64,000 bases of DNA from a virus. Lineage: Duplodnaviria; Heunggongvirae; Uroviricota; Caudoviricetes. Position numbers and translations under genes: made by a program. Numbering within the stretch: position 1 is the stretch's first letter; every line of letters begins with the position of its first letter. The notes below the pieces were generated by a model that did no database searches, was not told the DNA's origin, and saw only the letters and a program-made list of their open reading frames with translations. Below are positions 55,953-64,000 of the stretch, one piece after another. The stretch lies in IMG/VR virus record IMGVR_UViG_3300034357_000765, one strand, 5' to 3'.

Positions 55953-56217
55953 GCATTTTTAGTTTTAAGTCTCTTAAATGAGGTGTTACGATATTTCGAT
56001 CCTTTTCATCTAATATTTCCATTCTATGGTTTACTAAATTTAGAAAACTTTCTATACTTAAATCTTCTTCGAATACTATAGAATATCCCAATTCTTTTTT
56101 AACACCTCTTATCCATGCCGCGATTTCGTAGTACTGTGATTTTATAGCCATATTCATTATGAAATCTATAAACTCATAATACTCTTTATACTTATCTTCA
56201 TCTATGAAGTCTTTCAT
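55942..56217 (-). CDS. Small protein with C-terminal LRDLKLKML tag
   Basis: 91 aa; TATCTTTG on the minus strand (56222-56229) immediately upstream. Confidence 0.65.
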   Translation of the reverse strand: MKDFIDEDKYKEYYEFIDFIMNMAIKSQYYEIAAWIRGVKKELGYSIVFEEDLSIESFLNLVNHRMEILDEKDRNIVTPHLRDLKLKMLNI

Positions 56218-56282
56218 TTAACAAAGATAGTAATAAAAAGAATCTGAAATTTTATATATAGAATATAAAATAATATTTTTAA

Positions 56283-58685
56283 ATGGCTCAAGTTATATTT
56301 AATAATCGTATAAATATGGTAACGACCGCTGCGACACCTTCCGTGGATGGATATACTATCGGATATGATACAGACGGTGTTATAAAACAAAAAGATTCTG
56401 CAGGTGTGGTTACTCCTTTGTTTACTAGTTCGTCACAGACTTTGAGACAGACTCTTAATCTTGGAAATGATTCCGGAATCTACTCTATAATGATGGGTAC
56501 TTCAACTTCTATCTATAGTTCGAATTCTACCGGAAGAATAATATTGGATCATAACGGTTCTGTTTTCATTTCATCAACCTCATCTTCAACAGGAACATCA
56601 TCGATTACTTTATCTAATTCTGGTATAGATATCTCTAACTCTACACAATCAAACTATGGCACTTTCAAACTTTCAGGAAGTACATATTCTGTAGAAGTAG
56701 GATCTGCAACAAATTCTGTTTTACTTACTCAAAATAGAAACACATTTTCTATCATACACAGAGATAAAGACGCTGCTATAAGTTCAGTTAATGCTTTGGA
56801 AATAGGTAGTTCTTATGATGGTGATATTTTAGAAAATAAAGTATATTTTCATATAAATTCTAAAGGAGCTTATACTAATAGTGGTGTTAAAAACTCTGTA
56901 GTTATAGGTGGTAGTGGATTGACCGCATCGATTAGTTCCACAGTTTATTTAGGAAACTATGTAAACATAAACAACGCATATACTCTTCCAAATGTAGATG
57001 GAACCACTAATCAATATCTTAGAACTGCAGGAGATGGAACAATCACTTGGGAAGATGTTACTGCAACAACAGCACCTTTAAATGAAGTATTAGAAGTTGG
57101 TAACAACTCTGGATCTTATAGTATAGTTTTAGGAACAGGAACTTCTCTTAGATCCACAAATGGTAATTCTACTATATTTTTAGATAGTGAATCAACTAGT
57201 AATAAAATACTTATGTCAACGGATGGTACTACAAAGGCCAAATCTTATATAGAAATAGATAACTCTACACTTGTTATAAGTGCAACTTCTGGAACAGTAA
57301 CGACTGGTGATCTTAAAGGACTTCAATACTCTGCAGACTATACTACTACATTTGTAAATAACTCTTTGATTACTAAACAATATGTAGATTCTCAGTTAGG
57401 AAACGTATTTACGACATACAAAACTGCGTATGTTGATCCATCAGAGGGTAGTGATACTACCGGTTTAGTTGATAGAGTGGATAAACCTTTCCAATCAATA
57501 GAAAAGGCCATATATGGCCTTACTACATCATATATTTTCGCTGATGGAGATCCAGGACTTGTATATCTTAAAAAAGGATCATATACACTACCTGCATATC
57601 TATATAATCATTTAAATTTTTATTGTGAAGCAGATGTAATCTTTTCTCAAAATGGATTTACAGACATAAAAGGTGCAGTAAACTCTTCGATATTTGGATA
57701 TGCCAAATTTATTGGAACAGATGAAAACTTGATTCCTTTAGATGTTACTAAATCTTCTAATATAAACTTTGAGTTTTCTAGAATAGAGAACCAAAGTGTT
57801 GCTTTAAAGATAACTAATACATTAGGTACTTCTAATGTGAACATGAAAGGTGACTATATCTCATGTAAGGCGGCTTCTTCAACTGCAATATTGATAGGTA
57901 GTATCAATGGTGATGCCGATGTTTCTTCAAACGTAAATATAAGAATTGGTGAAAATATAAAATCTGCATATAATACTATAAATGTTACCAATAGATTTAG
58001 TGGTACTTTAGAAGTAAATACTTCTTTAATAGAATGTAATTCAGATTTTAATACAAGTGGTCCACAATCTGAACTTCAACATGCTTTATTGGTTAGAAGT
58101 GCAAGTGCAAGTGTTAGAATAAATGCAGATTTACTTGAAAGCTCTTCTGCTAATGGTGGTGGAATAAACTCTGCAGTTTATATCAATGCAGGAACCGTAA
58201 GTATATTTGGAAATATATCTGGAGGAGAATGTCCTGGTCTGTATCTTGGTGATAGTGCAGTTGCAAATGTTTCTGTTACAGGAGATATAGTAAGTAAAAA
58301 AGAGTCTATAATAAACGAAAGTAATAACACAAACTTTAAAGTAAATAATTCTCTTATAAAGACAGAAGGTCTTGGAACCAACACCTATCCAATACACATA
58401 AACGCGGGATCTATGTCTAGTACGTATCTCTATAATACGAGAATATACAACTCACTTGAAAATTCAGGAGCCATATTGATGACATCAACAAGTTCTCGAT
58501 TTGGTATATACAACTCGACTGCATATATGGCAGGAACTTCAGGAAACTTTATTTATTGTGCAGGAACCGTATCTGTAGGAATGCACAATACAAGATCAAA
58601 CAAAGACAACTCGGATAACGTAGAGGATCACTTTACACCAAGTGGATTTATATACGACCAAAATTTATACTTAGGAGATTTCTAA
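56283..58685 (+). CDS. Tail fibre/spike-like structural protein with probable beta-helix C-terminus
   Basis: S/T/N/G-rich; AYVDPSEGSDTTG...KPFQSIEKAI (polysaccharide-depolymerase-type N-cap); repetitive beta pattern. Confidence 0.7.
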   Translation: MAQVIFNNRINMVTTAATPSVDGYTIGYDTDGVIKQKDSAGVVTPLFTSSSQTLRQTLNLGNDSGIYSIMMGTSTSIYSSNSTGRIILDHNGSVFISSTSSSTGTSSITLSNSGIDISNSTQSNYGTFKLSGSTYSVEVGSATNSVLLTQNRNTFSIIHRDKDAAISSVNALEIGSSYDGDILENKVYFHINSKGAYTNSGVKNSVVIGGSGLTASISSTVYLGNYVNINNAYTLPNVDGTTNQYLRTAGDGTITWEDVTATTAPLNEVLEVGNNSGSYSIVLGTGTSLRSTNGNSTIFLDSESTSNKILMSTDGTTKAKSYIEIDNSTLVISATSGTVTTGDLKGLQYSADYTTTFVNNSLITKQYVDSQLGNVFTTYKTAYVDPSEGSDTTGLVDRVDKPFQSIEKAIYGLTTSYIFADGDPGLVYLKKGSYTLPAYLYNHLNFYCEADVIFSQNGFTDIKGAVNSSIFGYAKFIGTDENLIPLDVTKSSNINFEFSRIENQSVALKITNTLGTSNVNMKGDYISCKAASSTAILIGSINGDADVSSNVNIRIGENIKSAYNTINVTNRFSGTLEVNTSLIECNSDFNTSGPQSELQHALLVRSASASVRINADLLESSSANGGGINSAVYINAGTVSIFGNISGGECPGLYLGDSAVANVSVTGDIVSKKESIINESNNTNFKVNNSLIKTEGLGTNTYPIHINAGSMSSTYLYNTRIYNSLENSGAILMTSTSSRFGIYNSTAYMAGTSGNFIYCAGTVSVGMHNTRSNKDNSDNVEDHFTPSGFIYDQNLYLGDF

Positions 58686-58702
58686 AAAATTAAAACGAAA
58701 AG

Positions 58703-61700
58703 ATGCAAGAATCAAGATATGGCTACACAAATATAACAAGCGAGTATTTAATATATCCGTTTAGCTCGCCTATTGGCTATAATTTCAACTATACTGGAAC
58801 CTATTCTAAATATTCCATAATAGACAAATTCTACGTAAACTCTTTGGTTAAGCCAGTAAAAAGGCTTTATTATGGTGGTGCCGAATGGTCTAATGTTGGA
58901 ACTATCTCACTTACTTTTAGTCTTACTAACTTAGCATATACTTTTGCAGATGAGATAATCTTCAAGACTGCAAGTATGCCAGCTGTTGCTGTTTCTGTAT
59001 CACATCCAACTTATGATAGAATAGATGCCATAGTTATAAATGAAGATGGTGTTGTAAAAATAAAACAAGGAACTCCTGCTCCGATTCCAAAAAAACCGGT
59101 ATTAGCAGAAGATGAGGTTCTTATCCAATACGCTCTTATAAAGAAATCTGTCGATAAGGTAGGAACTTTAGAAAAAGTATATGAAAACAATGGTCAGTGG
59201 GCCACATCAGCATACCAGATATCAGGAACTTTAGATCCACTGGACGTTAATTTTCAATCTACTACAAATCAATATACTTCTACATACTGCATAGCAGCAA
59301 ACACAGACTATAGAACAGGACTTAACTTTACAAAATCTGTGGGTACTATCAAAAGAAGTGATTATGCATCTCTTTCTATGAGAGTTAGGTTCAATAGTGT
59401 ATTGGATCACAATAGATTTTTAAGTGTTCAAATATATGGTACTTCAAGTAACTACGTGGGTACTGCATCTGGTAACACAATCAATTTGATGGCATATGGT
59501 CTTGAACCAAATGTAATCAATGAATGGCAACATGTTGTCGTTCCTACAATCAAGTTTGGAACAAAAGTAGAAACCATAAAGGGACTTACCGTTAGAATGA
59601 TAGGTGGTGCAAGTGCATCAAAAACATCTTGGGATTTAGACTACGTTCTTTTCCAAACAGGTGTCGACTATGACGAATATATGGATCCTAGTAATTGTGG
59701 TCCATGTAACGGATCTACGACCGTTTCTGGTGGTGTTGGAGGTGGAACCTTTTCATTAACTATACAAGACTATTTGACTGGAGAAGAGTTCACTGATATA
59801 AACAAGATAATATTTAGAGGAAACACCGTAGTTGTAAACCATGCACTTGGACTTACTGCAACAGGGGTTACTGTTACGGGACAGACTCCAGAGGTTGTTG
59901 TTTGGATTCCAGCTCCTAACTACGTTTCTTTTTTCAATCCTAACATAGATGCAACTGGTGCAGATAGATATGTTTCTTTACCAGCTACTCAATCTTATTC
60001 ATCTATTAGTACACCTGGTACTTTTGGAACAGGAGATTGGAGTATGTTAACTGACTTTCAGGCAAACTCTACATCAGTAGGAACTACAAGAAAGACTAAA
60101 AATAATACTACTAACTTAACTTCGTTTGAGTTTTCACCATTTGTTAGCTCTTCTGCATTTTCATGTTCTTCACAAGTAACTACTATAAAGTTTGAAGTTT
60201 TTAAAGAAGATGAATCGACTGCAATCAGAACAATGACAAAAACATTAAATGTTGCAACATGTGGTCAAACATATACAACAGACGATAGTTCTCTAACTGG
60301 AGTAAGTCTTATATTAGGTGTTTTCTCAAACGATCAAGACAAATTCAAAGTTGCCAGTCTTACTGCTAAGGTAAATTGCAATACGCTATTTCCAAATGGT
60401 GGTAGATTCAAATGTAGAATAACACATGATAATGGTGTGGATGGAACTATCATAAAAGACACAATGAGTTTCTTTTATGATAGTGATGCTTTACCAACAA
60501 GTGCAAGTGTTGGATCTGTTACTTTTGATGAAAAGGTTGCGGTTCTTAAAAAGTTTTCAGGAGTTGCTTATTATAACTCAGGTTCTACATTTGCAATGAC
60601 TGCATCAAACATAGACCTTTTGAATGATTTAACATTTCCAACTACTAAACAAATAGACTTTTTTCCAAACAACCTTTCTATGATTAATTCCGGAGTAAAC
60701 TTCTTAAATGGACATGCAGATGGAACAAAATCCGGTGTTGGTGTTGCAATAACTGGTTGGGGAATAAACTGGGACAAAAGTGGATTGACATTCTCAAGAT
60801 CAGGTGCGATAAATGTTGTTATGAACAATGATAATAGCACACTCTTTCCTGGAATAGCTACCGTTGGTTATATACCTGGTTTTTCACCACACACAACCAA
60901 CACTTTGGATACCAGTAAGGATTCAAGCATTACCGTAAGACTTTTTGACTACGGAAATCCTGATATTACTCTTATATCCTCTGCTAAAAAGACATTAATA
61001 GATACCGATGTTGCTGGTGCAACTACTACGGTGAGTAACCCTATAGATAGTGAAAATAACAGACTTTCTTTTTCTGGTGTTTTAGCTGGCACCGGTACTA
61101 GTGTATTTGATTCTAATATACTATTAGGAGCTGCACCAAACACTGCAGAACTTCAGTATATCTTTGGAAGAATAATATATCCACAACACAATTTCACAAC
61201 TTATATGCCATACTATAACTTTGGAACAAGTTGTAACTATTCTGCTCTTGCCGGATCGACAGATACCTTTAATATGTTAACCGTTGCTTTGAACATCGCA
61301 GGAACAACTACACCATATACAACTACTGATTATAGATGGTACGTTACACAGTATCAAAAAGCAAGTGGGCAATCCTCTACTGCGGGTCAATTCGTAATAG
61401 AATCTAACATAACTGAGGCAGACTTTCATTGTCAAAAAGGAGTTTCTTCTGTTAGTGGAAACGAAGATGCCATAATAATGATAGGATTTGATGGATCTGG
61501 TGCAAATTCAGCACCAAATAAATACCTTTTCTTGACAGGAAACACAGGAACCTATGGTGGAAGAACAAATGGTTCTGTAAACTATTTTGGCTCTAGTGGA
61601 AACTCAACCATTTCTTTTACGATGGGTTATGTTTCTGCACCTTGTATTAAATTTTGGCTCTTCATAGGATTTAAAAGTACTACAAGAGGAAAAGCACTTT

Positions 61701-61732
61701 ATTTAAGCGATATTCAGTTTACCGGTGTTTAA
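58703..61732 (+). CDS. Large tail/baseplate structural protein with carbohydrate-binding-like module
   Basis: RIDAIVINEDG...GTPAPIP.KP fibre motif; EWQHVVVP..F CBM-like segment; 1009 aa. Confidence 0.7.
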   Translation: MQESRYGYTNITSEYLIYPFSSPIGYNFNYTGTYSKYSIIDKFYVNSLVKPVKRLYYGGAEWSNVGTISLTFSLTNLAYTFADEIIFKTASMPAVAVSVSHPTYDRIDAIVINEDGVVKIKQGTPAPIPKKPVLAEDEVLIQYALIKKSVDKVGTLEKVYENNGQWATSAYQISGTLDPLDVNFQSTTNQYTSTYCIAANTDYRTGLNFTKSVGTIKRSDYASLSMRVRFNSVLDHNRFLSVQIYGTSSNYVGTASGNTINLMAYGLEPNVINEWQHVVVPTIKFGTKVETIKGLTVRMIGGASASKTSWDLDYVLFQTGVDYDEYMDPSNCGPCNGSTTVSGGVGGGTFSLTIQDYLTGEEFTDINKIIFRGNTVVVNHALGLTATGVTVTGQTPEVVVWIPAPNYVSFFNPNIDATGADRYVSLPATQSYSSISTPGTFGTGDWSMLTDFQANSTSVGTTRKTKNNTTNLTSFEFSPFVSSSAFSCSSQVTTIKFEVFKEDESTAIRTMTKTLNVATCGQTYTTDDSSLTGVSLILGVFSNDQDKFKVASLTAKVNCNTLFPNGGRFKCRITHDNGVDGTIIKDTMSFFYDSDALPTSASVGSVTFDEKVAVLKKFSGVAYYNSGSTFAMTASNIDLLNDLTFPTTKQIDFFPNNLSMINSGVNFLNGHADGTKSGVGVAITGWGINWDKSGLTFSRSGAINVVMNNDNSTLFPGIATVGYIPGFSPHTTNTLDTSKDSSITVRLFDYGNPDITLISSAKKTLIDTDVAGATTTVSNPIDSENNRLSFSGVLAGTGTSVFDSNILLGAAPNTAELQYIFGRIIYPQHNFTTYMPYYNFGTSCNYSALAGSTDTFNMLTVALNIAGTTTPYTTTDYRWYVTQYQKASGQSSTAGQFVIESNITEADFHCQKGVSSVSGNEDAIIMIGFDGSGANSAPNKYLFLTGNTGTYGGRTNGSVNYFGSSGNSTISFTMGYVSAPCIKFWLFIGFKSTTRGKALYLSDIQFTGV

Positions 61733-61779
61733 TAAGATTCAAATTTAATATATAATAGATAAAAATATACATTTAAGAT

Positions 61780-64000
61780 ATGCCAATAATAAATCCAGAT
61801 AGTAAGCTAACAGGTGCCTTTTTTCACTGGTTGGGTAAGGTAAACACAAAAGATGGAAACTATGCAGGTAGTGAAAACTACAAAAGTGCTCATAATGTTA
61901 GATCCAATGAAGTTTGGATGGACGATGTTCCTGTTGCTTATACTTTTGCTTCTGCTTCTGCATATTCTGACGCATATCCAAACATAATAAGAAAAGTAGG
62001 AACGGTTAGTTCTGTCGGTAATGACGGATTAGGAAATGACCTTGTAGGACAACCTGGTTATCTATATCCACTTCATAATACTTTATACCAATCTTGGTTT
62101 CTTGACACTGGTACACCTAGTTTAGGAAATGCTTTTGGTGAGTTTATTCCTTCAGATGAATGGGTAAAACCAATAATAAATATATCAGATATTCCCGATT
62201 TATTAGGAGCACCTTCTACAGGATATGCTGTTATATTATATGCACCTACTACTGCAGGAAAATTCAATTCTGTATCATATGACAATGCATATTATGACAT
62301 AGATACTTTTTCTGGAATATTCAGATTCAACGTTGGTAAAACACCTATTGACTTAGGAAATGGTTCCGGTTATACAATGGATAAGGCGGCGTTTGAGGCT
62401 GCTAGAAATATCGGAGTAGCTGACGCAATAAACTTTATAAAGAGTGTAAATGGTGGTCTTAGAGCAATCGCATATCAATATGTAGGACAAACATTAGATA
62501 CCTTCACAAAAGGTGCTACCGGTGCGACTGGGTCTATTGGTGCTACCGGTGCGACTGGGTCAGATGGTACATCGGGTACTTCTGGAGTCAGTGATAGATA
62601 CAGAAGTATAAACACACTTACTATCGATTCTTCACAACCTTCATGGACACTTTCTATAGAAGCAGGACTTGCATATAGTCCAGGACAATCTATAATACTT
62701 GCAATCGATAGTCTAAACTATATAGAGGCAACGGTAACTTCTTATAATATAGGAACTGGTACTATGAGTGCCACAAAAGGAAACACTTTACACCCACTTT
62801 CAAGTGGTGTTGTAGGAACTCCTACAAACGCTTCTGCAACATGGATTGTAAACTTAGATGGTGCATCTGGTGGAGACGGTTCTTCAGGAACAAGTGGAAC
62901 ATCAGGAGTTGACGGAACAAGTGGAACATCAGGAGTTGACGGAACATCAGGAACTACGGGAACATCAGGAACAAGTGGAACATCAGGAGTTGACGGAACA
63001 AGTGGAACATCAGGAATTGACGGAACATCAGGAACATCAGGAGTTGACGGAACAAGTGGAACATCAGGAACTTCTGGAATCGATGGAACATCAGGAACAT
63101 CAGGAGTTGATGGAACATCAGGAACTTCCGGAGTTGATGGAACATCAGGAACTTCTGGAATCGATGGAACATCAGGAACTTCCGGAATCGATGGAACATC
63201 AGGAACTTCTGGAGTTGACGGAACATCAGGAACTTCCGGAATCGATGGAACATCAGGAACATCAGGAACATCAGGAACATCGGGTACAACAGGAACATCG
63301 GGTACAACAGGAACATCAGGAACTTCTGGATATGCAGGAGACAAATACAGATATGACTATAGTGGTAGTATAACACCTACAGACCCTTTGAACCTTACAA
63401 TAGGAACCGAATATGCATACAGTCCCGCTCAATCGATAATAATATCAAAAGACACGAACAACTTTATACAAGGAACCGTATCATCATACGATGCAGGAAC
63501 AGGACAAATATCCATAGTTGGAGTCACTACAACCGGAACAATGACCGGAACTACATTTGTAGTGAATTTAGATGGTGCATCTGGTGGTGACGGTTCTTCA
63601 GGAACATCAGGAGTTGACGGAACAAGTGGAACATCGGGAGTTGACGGAACAAGTGGAACATCTGGGACTACGGGAACATCTGGAACTACGGGAACATCAG
63701 GAACATCAGGAGTTGATGGAACATCAGGAACTTCCGGAGTTGATGGAACATCAGGAACTTCTGGAATCGATGGAACATCAGGAACTTCCGGAATCGATGG
63801 AACATCAGGAACTTCCGGAATCGATGGAACATCTGGAACTAGTGGTGTTGATGGAACATCAGGAACAAGCGGTATAGGAATTCCTTCAGGTGGTACATCA
63901 GGTCAGGTTTTGTCTAAGATAGATGGAACAGACTACAATACACAATGGGTAGACCAAACTGGTGGATCTGGTGGTGGACCAACATTCTCACTTACAGTTG
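61780..64000 (+). CDS. Collagen-like (Gly-Thr-Ser repeat) tail fibre, truncated at the right window edge
   Basis: Manual translation from ATG 61780 ([12 protein letters not shown]...) stays open to the end; GATG and GTSG(V/I)DGTSG triplet repeats. Confidence 0.85.
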   Translation, partial: MPIINPDSKLTGAFFHWLGKVNTKDGNYAGSENYKSAHNVRSNEVWMDDVPVAYTFASASAYSDAYPNIIRKVGTVSSVGNDGLGNDLVGQPGYLYPLHNTLYQSWFLDTGTPSLGNAFGEFIPSDEWVKPIINISDIPDLLGAPSTGYAVILYAPTTAGKFNSVSYDNAYYDIDTFSGIFRFNVGKTPIDLGNGSGYTMDKAAFEAARNIGVADAINFIKSVNGGLRAIAYQYVGQTLDTFTKGATGATGSIGATGATGSDGTSGTSGVSDRYRSINTLTIDSSQPSWTLSIEAGLAYSPGQSIILAIDSLNYIEATVTSYNIGTGTMSATKGNTLHPLSSGVVGTPTNASATWIVNLDGASGGDGSSGTSGTSGVDGTSGTSGVDGTSGTTGTSGTSGTSGVDGTSGTSGIDGTSGTSGVDGTSGTSGTSGIDGTSGTSGVDGTSGTSGVDGTSGTSGIDGTSGTSGIDGTSGTSGVDGTSGTSGIDGTSGTSGTSGTSGTTGTSGTTGTSGTSGYAGDKYRYDYSGSITPTDPLNLTIGTEYAYSPAQSIIISKDTNNFIQGTVSSYDAGTGQISIVGVTTTGTMTGTTFVVNLDGASGGDGSSGTSGVDGTSGTSGVDGTSGTSGTTGTSGTTGTSGTSGVDGTSGTSGVDGTSGTSGIDGTSGTSGIDGTSGTSGIDGTSGTSGVDGTSGTSGIGIPSGGTSGQVLSKIDGTDYNTQWVDQTGGSGGGPTFSLTV
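62870..63870 (+). repeat. Gly-X-Y coding tandem repeats (ggaacatca / ggaacttcc / ggagttgat)
   Basis: 9-nt-period repeats in two blocks (about 62870-63330 and 63585-63870) separated by a duplicated spacer domain. Confidence 0.9.

Noticed and set aside
62742-63877. ORF-track entries 62742-63344(-), 62858-63373(+), 62954-63376(-), 63572-63877(+), and the regular repeats as a possible CRISPR array
   Set aside because: These are alternative-frame shadows of the Gly-Thr-Ser collagen gene starting at 61780. The repeats have codon periodicity with no unique spacers.

Overview
A 64-kb, very AT-rich, gene-dense segment of a large tailed phage genome (T4-like/jumbo myovirus-like). The host is most likely a Bacteroidota bacterium, because several genes are preceded by the Bacteroidota sigma70 -7 element TAnnTTTG. 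The code appears standard. Recognisable content: a glycosyltransferase cluster including a TibC/AAH-like heptosyltransferase; replication, repair and nucleotide genes (a split family-B polymerase N-terminal half, a minimal PolA-like protein, gp41/DnaB helicase, DinG/XPD helicase, NEIL1-like glycosylase, ThyA, NrdA, RuvC-like resolvase, orphan DNA methyltransferase); several peptidases; and long tail-fibre/structural genes at both ends. The most unusual features are: (1) a Ro60/TROVE gene preceded by two tandem structured RNAs that share a motif and look like a short and a long Y RNA; (2) two mutually exclusive recurring peptide tags, namely an N-terminal T4 capsid-targeting-like motif on about 17 proteins and an R-x-x-K-I-x-x-I-(L/F/Y) motif on about 12-14 others, including an array of overlapping micro-ORFs; (3) three stand-alone fragments of a gp23-type major capsid protein, each carrying the second tag. 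All family assignments come from motif recognition by eye; no database search was run.
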